From Candidatus Latescibacterota bacterium (lineage in GTDB: Bacteria > Krumholzibacteriota > Krumholzibacteriia > WVZY01), in assembly GCA_963791045.1 (NCBI GenBank), contig CAWBQK010000013.1, positions 96,001-160,000 of the forward strand: DNA of 64,000 nucleotides. Direction: 5' to 3'. Below the pieces are notes generated by a model. That model did not search any database, was not told the DNA's origin, and saw only the letters and a program-made list of their open reading frames with translations. Of this stretch, positions 40,734 through 52,543 are shown in pieces. The translations under genes were made by a program, and so were the position numbers. Numbering within the stretch: the first letter of the stretch is position 1; the number at the start of each line of letters is the position of its first letter.

Positions 40734-41624
40734 ATGGATAATCGTCACAAGTCAAGCAGAGCAACGACGGAAAATTCCGAAGCTGGGTCAAAGAAGCGGC
40801 TCCCCGCGTACGGGATCGTCGGCCTTTCAATTATAGTACTGGCCGAAATCGGGCTATTCAGCGGAGTGGAGTGGGTCGGCTACTGGTTTACGCCGATCGT
40901 GTGGACGGGGTATATCCTCTTCATCGACGGAATCATCCGCCGCCGCAAGGGCCGCTCGCTTCTGTCGACCCACCCGCGGGAATTCGCGATCCTCGCGGTC
41001 ATATCATTCGCCAGCTGGGAAATCTTCGAGGGGTACAACCTCCTCACCAAGAATTGGCGATATATCAACATGATTGAAAACACGCCTGCCCGGTTCTTCG
41101 GTTACTTCTGGGCGTATGCGACGATTTCACCGTGTATGTTTCTTACTTACGAATTGCTGGACGACATACTCCCCGGCACAAACCCCGTGCATTCACCGCG
41201 TCTTGGCAACGGTCTTTTCTACACGCTTGTGATCCTCGGGTTCGCCTGCATGATCGTTCCGCTCGTTTGGCCATCGACGTACATGGCGCCGATCATCTGG
41301 ATTGGCTGGGCGTTTTTTCTCGATCCCATAAACCAGCGGCTGGGTGAGCGGTCGTTCATTTCCGAGCTCTTTTCAGGGCTACCGCGATCAACCGCCGTCT
41401 TTTTTCTCGCCGGCCTGATTTGCGGTTTGCTGTGGGAGTTCTGGAACTTCTGGGCGATTTCAAAGTGGCAATATAGTGTGCCCTATCTCGGGCACATAAA
41501 ACTCTTCGAAATGCCCGTTCTCGGTTTTCTCGGGTTCCTTCCCTTTACGATAGAGAGCTTCGCGATATACGTATTCATTAGACGCATTCTCCCAATAAAA
41601 AGACAGGTTCGTTACCTTGGATAA
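40734..41624 (+). CDS. hypothetical integral membrane protein
   Basis: Many TM segments; internally repeated WEIFE..N..W.Y / LWEFWN..W.Y; LFEMPVLGFLGF. Confidence 0.8.
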   Translation: MDNRHKSSRATTENSEAGSKKRLPAYGIVGLSIIVLAEIGLFSGVEWVGYWFTPIVWTGYILFIDGIIRRRKGRSLLSTHPREFAILAVISFASWEIFEGYNLLTKNWRYINMIENTPARFFGYFWAYATISPCMFLTYELLDDILPGTNPVHSPRLGNGLFYTLVILGFACMIVPLVWPSTYMAPIIWIGWAFFLDPINQRLGERSFISELFSGLPRSTAVFFLAGLICGLLWEFWNFWAISKWQYSVPYLGHIKLFEMPVLGFLGFLPFTIESFAIYVFIRRILPIKRQVRYLG

Positions 41625-42306
41625 ACTCGCGATTTTCAAACAGCTCGTTCTCGACGCGAAGGGCCTGATCTTTGATTTTGACGGCCTGCTCGCCGACAGC
41701 GAACGCTTTCACTTTCTCGCATACAACGAGGTCTTCGAGCAATTCGACCATTCGCTCGACGAAACCGAATACTATAAATATTGGACCTCGCTGGGTCACG
41801 GTGTACGCGGTGAAATCGAAAGACACAACCTCGATCTCGACCCCATCGCCATACGCCGTGAAAAGATGCCCATCTTTTCCCGCTATTGTGAGGATGGGAG
41901 TATCGGTCTTTTCGCCGAGGCGGCTGAAATCATCGAATCGATGTCCCGGATGGATAAAACGATGGCGATCGCGAGCGGCACACCCAGCGGAGACATCCGT
42001 GCGGTTCTCCGGAATGCGGGGCTGGAGGACTCCTTCGAAGTGATCCTCGGGAGCGACACGGTGCCAAAGATCAAGCCGGCGCCCGATATCTTTATCGAAA
42101 CGCTGTCACAAATTGGATTGAACGCGGAAGATTGCGTTGTTTTTGAAGACGCGGAGAAAGGGATGTTCGCGGCGATCGAGGCGGGGATTCCCGTGATCGT
42201 TGTTCGTAACGCCCAAACCAGTGGGTTTGATTTTAGCCGGGCGGATCTCACCATCGAATCTCATGCGGAAATGGCCGATCTGCTACGCCGTGCGCTGGCC
42301 GTTTAG
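41617..42306 (+). CDS. HAD-superfamily phosphatase (beta-PGM/CbbY-like)
   Basis: FDFDGLLADS, IASG, KPAPDIF, VFEDA. Confidence 0.92.
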   Translation: MDKLAIFKQLVLDAKGLIFDFDGLLADSERFHFLAYNEVFEQFDHSLDETEYYKYWTSLGHGVRGEIERHNLDLDPIAIRREKMPIFSRYCEDGSIGLFAEAAEIIESMSRMDKTMAIASGTPSGDIRAVLRNAGLEDSFEVILGSDTVPKIKPAPDIFIETLSQIGLNAEDCVVFEDAEKGMFAAIEAGIPVIVVRNAQTSGFDFSRADLTIESHAEMADLLRRALAV

Positions 42307-42326
42307 GCGCGTTGGCTTGTCACCGA

Positions 42327-45300
42327 CTACTTCCGCATATCCATCTTCGCGGGGTTTCCTTCCCTACACATGTTTCTGAAACGGCACACATCGCAAGGCG
42401 CGTCCTCCGACGCATCAAAACGACCCGCTGTGATCGCCTCATCGAGAGCCCGCGCGCTCTGATCGACAGCCGCGAGCGCTCCTGTCGACACATCAACCGA
42501 CACGATTCTGGTCGGCTCCTGCAAATAGCACAGTCCGGCCTCACTCACCGCCATACCCTCCAGATTTTGCAGCAACCATGCGTAAAACTGGACCTGAAAC
42601 ACATACTCATCGCGTTCGGTTTCCAGCTTGTAGTCGATGATTTGGTGCCTGCCATCGGCAAAATCGACCCGATCGAGGATTGCCCTGAAGACGAGGCGGT
42701 TGATCCGCGCCCGAACCGGGTGTTCCGTCTATTTGACGCAACTGAAATCTGCGAGCGGAGACTTCGCGAATTCGTTCAGTCGGCCTGATGCGCGTCTTAA
42801 CCATCCTTCGATGCTGTGTTTCATTGAAACCGTACCGCCCAACAAACTCATCCAGACCCTCTGCAATGGGTCGTCCGTCTCGCCCGCGGACCGACATATA
42901 CTCGCAAAGATAGTCATGCAGCAAAGTCCCCAATGCCCGGGCATCGGACGGATAGCGTGCGCCACGGGTCGGCTTCGTTGGATCATCCAACGCCTCGAGC
43001 GAATCAGCGCTCGCTCCCAACACGTGACGATAATAAAACATCAGCGGACATTTCGAGAAATCGTGGAGACCCGACCACGTGACAAACTCGATACCTCGAA
43101 CGGGCAACGGAATTGCCCTGGCCGCGCGAGACAGCCTTTCCCTGCCGTCCGACCACTGGCTGAGCAGCGACCGAATGTCTTCTCCGTCCGGTTGCGGCTC
43201 AACGGCGACGGGAGCCGCCGCTCTTTCAATTATTGGAGCATTGCGCAGCTCTTCGTGCCGTATATTGTTCTCTTTCACAACCTCAAGAATATCGAAAAAT
43301 AGATTTAGTTTCTTCCCCTGTTCGCCGCCGGGAAAAGGCGAACTAATAAATAGATGGTCGCACGCGCGCGTGACAGCCACATAGAGGAGACAACGCTCCT
43401 CTTGTTCTCGCTCTTTCTTGCCCGTTTCCACTTCACCCGAATCATCGACACCGCGTCCCCATCTATCGCAGTCGTTGACAAAAAGCCCTCGCTTCCTGTC
43501 AAAAGAAACTCGCCCTTGGTGTTCTTTCCGCTCTTGACCCCCGGTACCGCGACCGCCGGAAACTCAAGCCCCTTTGCAGAGTGAATCGTCAGCACTCGCA
43601 CACGACCCGGCGGAAATACCGGCCCGCTCGCCGCCTCTAGCGATTTCTTTGCGAGCAAAACATCCAGCGATTCGAGGAATGCGGAGAGATTTCCCTCGCT
43701 TCTTCCAACCAACCCCTCGACCACGCCAAAAATGGTTTTGGTCACGGACTCTACCAGCGCCACATCGGCGCCGTCATCGAAGAATCGAAAATAGAAATGA
43801 CTGAGCTCAAATGCGTCCACGACGAACGATGAAAAATCCAGTTCATCGCGCTTCTCTGCAAGGATGTTAAGAAGCCCACGCAGACGCTTGCAGCTCTCCC
43901 CGGCAGACTTGTCGCTCAGACGCGAGGAGCTCTCGTCGGACAAGAGCGACATAGCGTCAAACGGCGGTTCAACTCCGTCAAAGAGTTCCACCAACGCCGA
44001 GTCGGTCAGTGAAAACGGTCGCGCCTCGAGAAGGCCAATCATTGCATGGATGTCATCGGGTTGGACCAATAAACGCAGCAGGTACTTGTACAACTGAAGA
44101 ACTCGAACTTCGAGTGATCCCACACCGCCACAAACCGCATAGGGAATTCCCGCTCGCCTAAAGGCTTTTTCATAATGCGGGAGACCCGAGCTGGGTTTTA
44201 GCGAGCGCATGAGAACGGCGATTTCATCGAATTCGAGAGCGCCTCGTCTCCGCCGCGCACGCCATAATATGTAAAAGGCGATTCACCCGGATCGAGACCA
44301 CCCGTAAGAGCAAGGATCCACGCCGCGAGCCCCTTCGCCTCCTCCTCGAAGGACTTGTCTTCGGAGTCTTCCGGGATGAAACAAACAAACGGGAGCGTCG
44401 GTCGCGCCACGACTCGCATCGAGACGGATTTCGGCGGCGTGCTCTTTAAAATAATCGTCGCGAATCACAAAATGGTGGGCAAGATCGAGGATGGTTTGTC
44501 TCGACCGGTAGTTATGACGAGAGTTTTTCCTGCGTGCCAACGAATCGCGCAAGTTCTCCACCCGTGCATCCCGCCACCGGTAGATCGACTGTTTGTCATC
44601 CCCAACCACCGTCACTCGCGCAAAGTCGTCGCCGGCAAGCAACGGAGCAATTCGTTTTGAGCTTCGCTGGTGTCCTGGAACTCGTCGACAAGAATGTGAT
44701 CGAACTTATTGCCATAGAGCCGCCGCAGCCGTTCGTTCTCTCTCAGCCCCCGCACCACCATGGCCAATCATATCGTTGAAATCGATCAGGTTTCGTTTCT
44801 CCAAGCTCCATTTCGTATGCGTTCCACAACGCGACCACCGATTGGACGTAACTGGCATACTCGGGCGAATCATCGGGGCCGACACATGCAATCAGACGCT
44901 CGGGAGTCCACAACGTCCCCTTCGCCCGTTGAACAATCCTCATCCATCGATTGAAAATTGTTGGAGAAGCTACCCGGCGCGGCATGTCCGCTTCAAAACC
45001 ATCGGGCATCCCTTCGATCTGCCCGATTGAAAGCGCCTGAAGAGCGCCGTTCGGATTCGCGCATTATCCACGTCGGTCGACACACCCACATCCGGATCGA
45101 TCCGGAATTCGGGCGCATTTTCCGAAATGATCCGAAAAGAAAACTGATGAAAGTTCATGATCCATGCAGTGTACAACTCACGCCTCAAATCGGCTTCGCC
45201 CCGTTCGCTGCGCCGTCTCGAAGATCCGTCCCCGCATCTCGGAAGCGGCCTTTGTAGTAAAAGTAAGCGCGAGCAGCCGATCGGGCGGAACTCGGTCATC

Positions 45301-45470
45301 GAAAACGAATTTGAGATACCGCTCCACGAGAACGCGTGTCTTTCCCGTCCGGCGCCGGCCATGGCTTTGACCGTCTCACCAATATCGAACTCGACGATTT
45401 GCTTCTGTTCGTCGTTCAGCCCCACTTTTTCTCCCGCTGACAAAGTTCGGCGAATTCGCACCACTGGCAT
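42327..45470 (-). CDS. UvrD/AddA/AdnB-like helicase with C-terminal PD-(D/E)XK Fe-S nuclease (many frameshifts)
   Basis: Motifs across frames: AGAG..GKT, LTFTTKAA, ILVDEFQDTS, VGDDKQSIYRWR, NYRS, TIHSAKGLEF, LLYVAVTRA, CPLMFYY, DR..IIDYK, CDVCRFRNMC. Confidence 0.85.
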
Positions 45471-45479
45471 GGATTGTCT

Positions 45480-48432
45480 TCATCCGTCCTGGCAAAAAAC
45501 ACTCTCTTGGGTGTGAACATATCCTCCGCTATCGTCACCGCCGATCCATGATCTGTTCGACTTCGCATTCTCGCAGATAGGATTCGGCCTGGCCTTAGGG
45601 CCGCGGCGGGAACGTCATCCTCGTTTGCGACGCAAAAAGGGTGACGGCGAGCGGATCCTCTCCCGCCTTAACAGCCATAAACCGGAATGCATCGGGATAT
45701 GTCCTTCGCGCACGTCATCGCCCAGAAGTAAAACGGTATTTGCCAGTCCGCCTTCCTGGGGTCCTCGAGCGCTTTTAGAACGTATTTGCGGTGTGTTTTT
45801 CCCGTCTTTTTGATTTCGCCGGTCTTGAAATCAACGATAAACATCTTACTCGCCGATCGTGGTCCTCGATACGATCCACCTTGCCGGTAAAATCACAGCC
45901 CTTGAACGAAACTGGGACTCGATTTTTCGACACCGCTGATCGTGTAATTTTCGTCAAGCCCTGCATCCAGTTCGAGAATCTCCGCGATCATCTCTTTAAG
46001 ATAATGCAGGATCGACCGGCCAACGAACGACGACGGCTCCACCGTGCCGTCCTCCCGAGAACGTCATCGATCAGCCGCCCGGATAACAACGGACCCTGCC
46101 CCAGCGTGAAGCGTTGCTTTTGTTTTAAATCGTTGTCCGAGTCTCGCCATCACCTCGTGAAACATCGTACCCAGCCGTGCCGGTGCCGTCCGGTCCTGGG
46201 GAATCTTGAGCAACTTCCGGTAGAAAAACTGGCTCGTGACAGCCGAGAAACATTTCAATCGATGATTTGCTCAGCGGAAACCGATCCACCGCAACTGGAA
46301 TCGGCTCGGCTTTCGCCGCGTTCCACACGGCACCCGCGGGACTCAAATCGGCTAGCCGCTCGACCAGCGCGCTATCGTATCCGCCGGTCGTCCATGCACG
46401 GGCGAATCGAATCTGCGGCGGAACACGATCTTCTCGCGGTGTCGAACTGAGAAGACTCCGCCGAATGGTTGTTCGAGCACCGCGCACGGCGCAGGAAACT
46501 CGTTCACCGCCAAAGTTCCGGGGAGCGGTAACATAAAGGCGTTCTTGGCTCGACTCAAGGCAATGTAGAGAAAATGATGTTGTTCACGCATGCAACTCAC
46601 GGCCGTGCGAGCCGAATAAATTGACACCTTGCGATCGGGACAATTCTCCGCGATCAGGCTTTCCAATTTCTCCACAGGATCAGACTTTGGCGGTACGATG
46701 CCGAAGGAAAGAGAAGGTCCGAGCAGCCCACCACGAACACAACGGGAAACGAGAGACCTTCGCCTCGCGACAGGAGTACAGCCCTACCGATCCAGGGAAT
46801 AGACTTGGAGCCGACGTTTGCTGAGGAAAGAAGTCCGCTCAGCCCCGCGAAAGTACGAATGTCAGGCCTCCATCCAAATCTGTCCAACGCCGCGGCGTAA
46901 GCGTTCCACGATTCAAGGAGACGGCTGACAACGACGAACATCGTTTCATCATTCGATGCTTTGCGATATGACGCGCAAACCGGCAGAAAGCATTTATCAA
47001 CAAGACAACGCATCCACTCTGAGGTTTCCTGCTTCCGGATGTCAGCGGAAAGCTCCGTCGCGAATTTACGAAGCGCTTCGTAATCGCCGTCTGCGTCGGC
47101 TTCTTATATCGACGCTTTCGGCTTGCCGATTATCTGCCCTTGAAAGTCAACGTATAGAGGCGACATCAGTATCGAACGCGCCGCCAGGACGTCGTCCGGC
47201 GAATCCAGCAGCAACAACCACGAGAACATAAAATCCTCAAGCACACCTGCGGCGGTGCCCCCGGTATCGAGCGGGATCCCATGTTGGCGGAAAGCCGACC
47301 GGAGAATTGGCGCGTACCGTCGCTTTTCGTTTGTTATAACGGCGATGTCAGCCGGTTGACAGTGACCGGAGACCGAGGAGATCGTTCGATCTTCGCGCCG
47401 ACGTTATAAGCTTCATCGAGTTCGTCGCCCACGATTTCTAAACTGAACGCCCGCTCAATCCGGTCATCCCCGGAGATCTCGCCGGAATTGTCGATCCGTA
47501 TTACCGGGAGATGACACTCGGCATCTGAACCTAAAGTCTCGACCAGAAGGGCCTCCATCGTCTTCCCTTCAGCGTCGATGTCACGACATCCTGCGGCCAG
47601 ACATACCGTATCCGCCCCATAGCGCTCGGTGAACTTCGAAAGGAGAAACCGTTCGTGACGTCCCACGGTGCCCAAACACGGGGCCAATCGGATCGCCAAA
47701 AACGTCACCGCGCCAGGTCCTTCGGGCGGAGCAATGACAAAGAGCAATTCAAACTGTCCGGGATCAATGTCTTGAAAATCCTCTACGAGCACTACTCCCG
47801 CTTTCGCGACTGGATGGTCGGGAAATCCCCGTTTGCACGAGCGCGCCGCGTCCCAGCACACCCCGGTTTGCGTGGCTAGGTTCTTGTACGACAACGCCTT
47901 GCAAAATTCTACGTAGAGTTTCAACACATCTGCGATCTCGGGACCGGCGTCTTTCGAGTCAGCGAGGCTTTTCGCGTTATCCGGTTCCAACCCGCTTTGC
48001 AGCAGAGAATGGATCACGGCGAGCGCATCACGAACAAATCGATCGGTCCGGCAGATCGAGCGAAGTTTGCTTTTGAGGGATGACGAATTCGCGGCGATTA
48101 TGCTATCGAGCAAAAGCCGTTCTTCGATTTCATTGATGATGACGGGACGCTTCTCTCCCGATAATTCAATGACCTCATTGGCAAGCCGCGAGTATTGGAC
48201 AACGGGATCGTATCCGAATTCGACGCTGTTCTTTTCCAGAATCGCTTCGGTAATTCGCCGATAACTTTCCGTCGTGTAAGTCAGAATACAGAGCATCGAT
48301 ACCGTTTGCCCGCAAAACACGGAAGCGCTCGATCAGAGTTCGGGTTTTTCCGCTTCCCGGCGGGCCGAGAACACGCAAGTGTTTCGTCGGGTAATTGATC
48401 AGACCATTGATCACGTCAGACGATGCGCTCAT
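45480..48432 (-). CDS. AddB/AdnA-like partner subunit: degenerate helicase plus nuclease (many frameshifts)
   Basis: GPPGSGKT, degenerate motif II VEDFQD, LYIALSRAK, LSKSSIEMFLGC, GTMFHEVM, GKVDRIE, VDFKTG; 3' end approximate. Confidence 0.72.
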
Positions 48433-48435
48433 TGT

Positions 48436-49767
48436 CTACTTCTTCTCTTCCGATTCCCTGCGCTCGAAATACGCATCGAGCCGGGCCCTCAACTCGGTCT
48501 CAAAACCGGCATCCCTGGGTTCGTAGAATCGCACGTCGGCAAGCGCATCGGGCAGATAGGATTGCGGAACAAATGCGTCTTTATAATCATGGGGATACTT
48601 GTATCCCTTCCCGTATTTCATATCCTTCATCATTTTCGTCGGAGCGTTGCGAATGTGAAGAGGGACGGGATACGGCGGGTTGTCATGCGCGGCTCGCGCC
48701 GCTTTCTCGTAGGCGACATACACCGAATTGCTTTTTGGAGCCAACGCAAGATATACGGCGGCCTGCGCGAGCGCGAGTTTGCACTCCGGATAACCAATAA
48801 ACTGTGCGGCATCCCGCGCTGCAACGGTGAGTGGCAGCGCATGGGGATCCGCGTTTCCGACATCCTCTGAGGCAAAGCGGACAAGCCGCCGCGCGATAAA
48901 AAGCGGATCCTCGCCGGCCTCGCACATCCGCGCAAGCCAGTAGAGTGATGCGTCGACATCGCCTCCGCGAAGGCTCTTGTGTAGCGCGGATATCAAATTG
49001 TAATGGGATTCTCCCGCCTTGTCCGTCGAGAGAAATGGTTTCTGGAGCGCATCCTCGGCAAGATTCCGTGTGAGGATACGATCCCCTTTGGTTTTTCGCA
49101 GAACTGCCGATGCATAGTCGAGCGCGTTGAGCGCAACGCGGGCATCCCCGTGACACGCGTCCGCCATGTAAGAAAGAACTTCTTCGTCGGCCCGAACGTC
49201 AAGACCACCAAGGCCGTGTTCGGTGTCGGCGAGAGCCCGTTTCAAAATAACGAGAACTTGATCCGACTGGAGTTCGTGCAGCACGAGAACCCGTGAACGC
49301 GACAACAGCGGTCCGATCACCTCGAAGCTTGGATTTTCGGTCGTCGCGCCGATAAACACGATCGTTCCGTCCTCTATGTGAGGCAAAAACGCGTCTTGCT
49401 GAGCCTTGTTGAACCGGTGGATTTCATCGACGAACAGGAGCAGTGACTGACCGTCCAGGGTTTTAAGTTTTTTGGCCTCGCCGATCACCCTTTTCACTTC
49501 GGCTATTCCCGACGTCACCGCGCTGAACTTGACGAACCGGCCCTTTATCATCTTTGAAATGATCTGGGCCAGCGTTGTCTTGCCCGACCCCGGCGGTCCC
49601 CACAGAATAAGGGACTGACCAAGAGTTCCGCGTTCGAGTGATTTTCTTAGAAGCGTGTCCGGACCAACGATTGATTCCTGCCCCACAAATTCATCGAGCG
49701 TACGCGGGCGCATCCGCTCTGCGAGCGGGCCGGATGGACCGTCTGTTGAAGGAAATTGCAGTTCCAT
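48436..49767 (-). CDS. rarA: replication-associated recombination protein A (MgsA)
   Basis: PLAERMRP, WGPPGSGKTT, DEIHRFNKAQQD, ATTENPSFE, SALHKSLRG, ASEDVGNAD, VPLHIRNAPT. Confidence 0.96.
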   Translation of the reverse strand: MELQFPSTDGPSGPLAERMRPRTLDEFVGQESIVGPDTLLRKSLERGTLGQSLILWGPPGSGKTTLAQIISKMIKGRFVKFSAVTSGIAEVKRVIGEAKKLKTLDGQSLLLFVDEIHRFNKAQQDAFLPHIEDGTIVFIGATTENPSFEVIGPLLSRSRVLVLHELQSDQVLVILKRALADTEHGLGGLDVRADEEVLSYMADACHGDARVALNALDYASAVLRKTKGDRILTRNLAEDALQKPFLSTDKAGESHYNLISALHKSLRGGDVDASLYWLARMCEAGEDPLFIARRLVRFASEDVGNADPHALPLTVAARDAAQFIGYPECKLALAQAAVYLALAPKSNSVYVAYEKAARAAHDNPPYPVPLHIRNAPTKMMKDMKYGKGYKYPHDYKDAFVPQSYLPDALADVRFYEPRDAGFETELRARLDAYFERRESEEKK

Positions 49768-49783
49768 GGTTACCCGGGAACGT

Positions 49784-50737
49784 TTACGAGTAGTCGGGTT
49801 CCCTGTCAAACGTGTGGCTCGTCTGAACAAACCGGATCGTTCCCGATTTACTCCGGAGAACGAGCGAGTGTGTCGCCGCGCCGCCCTGACAAAAACGGAC
49901 GCCGTTTAGTATTTCGCTGTTGTTGACGCCCGTCGCGGCAAACATCATGTGGGCTTCGCCACACAAATCCGCGATGGTGAGAACCTTATCTCGCGAACCG
50001 GCGCTCGATTCTTCGATGGCCTTGACGTCCTGGTCGGTCTGGGGATGCAGCTGGCACTGAATGTCACCGCCGACACACTTCAATGCTGCCGCGGCGAGCA
50101 CTCCCTCCCTGGCGCCGCCTATTCCCATCAGAACATCTATCCCGCTCCCGGGAACGGCCGTCGCGATTGCCGCGGCGATATCACCATGGGGGATCAGGCG
50201 GATGCGCGCACCGGCCGAGCGCACCTGTTCGATAAGCGGTGCGTGCCTCTCCCGCTCGAGGATACAGACGGTGAGATCTTCTACATAAGTTCTCTTGGCT
50301 TCGGCAACATTCACCAGGTTGTCGAGGGGACTCCCGGAGATATTTATCTTCCCCGACGCCTGCGGCCCCACGGCGATTTTGTTCATGTATCGAACCGGCG
50401 GCTGGAAAAGCGTCCCCTTCTCCGCCATCGCCGCAACCGAGATCGCGTTGGTTTTGCCAAACGCAACCGATTCAACTCCATCGAGGGGGTCCACGGCCAG
50501 ATCAACTTCGATGTCCCCGCCCGAACCAACAACGCATCCCTCTGAGAGCGGTGTGTTGGGCAGACGTTCACCGATCACTACCGTCCCGGAGAATCTGAGG
50601 GCATTGAGCGCTTTAGCCATCGCCTCGCACGCCGCGCGATCGGCGGCAAACCCATCCCCTTTTCCCATCAATCGGGCGGATGCCAACGCAGCCGCTTCGG
50701 TGACCCGAACCAGCTCAAGAGCGAGGTTTCGTTCCAT
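49784..50737 (-). CDS. glpX: class II fructose-1,6-bisphosphatase
   Basis: MERNLALELVRVTEAAA, VVIGE, AVDPLDG, GIGGAREGV, ATGV. Confidence 0.92.
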   Translation of the reverse strand: MERNLALELVRVTEAAALASARLMGKGDGFAADRAACEAMAKALNALRFSGTVVIGERLPNTPLSEGCVVGSGGDIEVDLAVDPLDGVESVAFGKTNAISVAAMAEKGTLFQPPVRYMNKIAVGPQASGKINISGSPLDNLVNVAEAKRTYVEDLTVCILERERHAPLIEQVRSAGARIRLIPHGDIAAAIATAVPGSGIDVLMGIGGAREGVLAAAALKCVGGDIQCQLHPQTDQDVKAIEESSAGSRDKVLTIADLCGEAHMMFAATGVNNSEILNGVRFCQGGAATHSLVLRSKSGTIRFVQTSHTFDREPDYS

Positions 50738-50759
50738 CTATGAGATTCCCACCTGTCGG

Positions 50760-51146
50760 TCAGCTTTCTTCGCGGCTCTTCGTCATTTCGAGCGCGTCAT
50801 TGAGCTCCCTGGCCATTTGATACTGGTGAAAGGCGAATATGAAGGGGAACAATACGTACGCAAAACCGAAGGTAAGCGGATACGCGACGATTGATATGGC
50901 AAAAGTAATCCAGAACCAGTTCCACTGCCCCAGATAGAGGTAGCCGACCGGACCGAGCAAAACCCAGCTCAGGAAGAATCCAAGAAAACCGGCGAGACCG
51001 GGGCTCTTGACTTCCTTGGTCGGACGCAGCCGGGTAAACTCGCTGTTGTCGAGAAAGCTCGAAATCGACATCCGGACCCTTCGGCCACAGTGGACGCAGA
51101 TCTCAGCTTTTTCATCAATTTCTTTTGCGCAATACTTGCAATACAT
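50760..51146 (-). CDS. zinc-ribbon membrane protein (TM2-like)
   Basis: MYCKYCAKEI...CVHCG; KSPGLA...GYLYLGQW followed by TM segments. Confidence 0.78.
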   Translation of the reverse strand: MYCKYCAKEIDEKAEICVHCGRRVRMSISSFLDNSEFTRLRPTKEVKSPGLAGFLGFFLSWVLLGPVGYLYLGQWNWFWITFAISIVAYPLTFGFAYVLFPFIFAFHQYQMARELNDALEMTKSREES

Positions 51147-51230
51147 TGTTCAACCACCTTGCCAGTGCTCAACCCTGGTGGGTGCAGATGCCTTTGTCTA
51201 TTGAATACTTACGATTTCGCGCAATCAAAG

Positions 51231-52469
51231 TTACGGTTTAAACGTAGAAAGGTTCTGCCGGGCCGTAACGTTTTCCGGATCCAATTGAAGCACCTTTTTC
51301 CATTGGGCCCTGGCTTCGGCGATCTTACCACTTTCCGCCAGAATCACGCCATAGTTATTGAGGTACACCGGGTTATCCGGCTTTAATACCAATGCTTTAC
51401 GGATGAATTCGATGGCTTTTTCGGGCTTTTCCTGCCCGCGGCTCGCCATCGCGAGAATCCCGTAAGCCTCATCGAGACCGGGACCGGCGGCGCCTGAGTC
51501 GTTTTGCTCCGGAGCGCTTGAAATCCAGTTCTCCAGCAGCTCGACCGACTCATCATATTGCCCTGATTCCAGATACGCGCGGGCAAGGTATATGCGGCTG
51601 GTCATGTCTCCAGGATCGGCGTCGAGGAGGGCACGCCACGACGGAATCGCCTCGCCAAACCGGCCGGAGACCATTAGAAGAATCGCGAGATTTTTCGTGT
51701 AAGTCAAGTTCCCCGGGTCGAGCGCGAGGGCCTGGTTGAACTCATCTTCGGAGCGTCCGTAATCTCCCAACCGCTGGAGAAGAAGTCCGAAGTTGTTGTG
51801 AAAACTCGCGCCGTCCGAACCGAGTTCGGCCGCTTCTTCGAAATAGCCCAACGCTTTTTCGTCATCCTCTTCCGCATACCCAATCCCGAGAGCCTCGGCG
51901 TACTGGGGATTGTTCGCGTCGAGCGAGTACGCTATCTCCCACTGTGCAAGCCCATCCTGTTTTCTGCCCATTTCATGGAGCGCCAGTCCGTAATTGTAGT
52001 GTGTTAGAGGATCGCGCATTCCGTACTCGATGGCCAGTTCGAACTCGGTCAACGCCCTGCCCGTCTTGCCCATTTCGACCAGGAGTTCGGCAAGTTCGAG
52101 ATGAACGTTGGCGTCGGAGTAATCGAGCCGCATCGCCGCTTCGTAGTTGGACACCGCGGCGGCGTTCTCGCCCAACCCCCACTGTGCTTTCCCCAGCATT
52201 GCGTAAACCTGAGGGTCATGCACTTTCTTTGCCGCCCACGGCGCGAGAAGTGATTTCACTTCCTCGTACCGCTCACCCTCGAGCAGTGCATGGGCGCCGG
52301 TTTTGTCCTCGTTCATGCGGGCGAGTTCGGCGGCGGAATTCGGCTTGCCCATCGATCCGCATCCCGATTGAAGAAACAGCATACATATCCACGGGAGCAT
52401 AAAGCCAAGTCCCTGCACACGGGAGCGCCCGCCCAAAAAAAGATATCGATGGAAATTCGTGCGCGTCAT
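51231..52469 (-). CDS. TPR-repeat protein, possible lipoprotein
   Basis: Repeated TPRs (HYNYGLAL, HNNFGLLL, YLNNYGVIL); LQSGC possible lipobox; start uncertain (52469 or 52400). Confidence 0.82.
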   Translation of the reverse strand: MTRTNFHRYLFLGGRSRVQGLGFMLPWICMLFLQSGCGSMGKPNSAAELARMNEDKTGAHALLEGERYEEVKSLLAPWAAKKVHDPQVYAMLGKAQWGLGENAAAVSNYEAAMRLDYSDANVHLELAELLVEMGKTGRALTEFELAIEYGMRDPLTHYNYGLALHEMGRKQDGLAQWEIAYSLDANNPQYAEALGIGYAEEDDEKALGYFEEAAELGSDGASFHNNFGLLLQRLGDYGRSEDEFNQALALDPGNLTYTKNLAILLMVSGRFGEAIPSWRALLDADPGDMTSRIYLARAYLESGQYDESVELLENWISSAPEQNDSGAAGPGLDEAYGILAMASRGQEKPEKAIEFIRKALVLKPDNPVYLNNYGVILAESGKIAEARAQWKKVLQLDPENVTARQNLSTFKP

Positions 52470-52543
52470 CGCAGAACCAAAATACACCCATGCACGGACG
52501 CGAAAAAGCGAAAAAGAGGGAGAGGAGCCTCCTGTGAGAACGG

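Noticed and set aside
42327..42700. Stand-alone Cas4-like nuclease
   Set aside because: It is the frameshifted C-terminal nuclease domain of the helicase; no cas genes or array nearby
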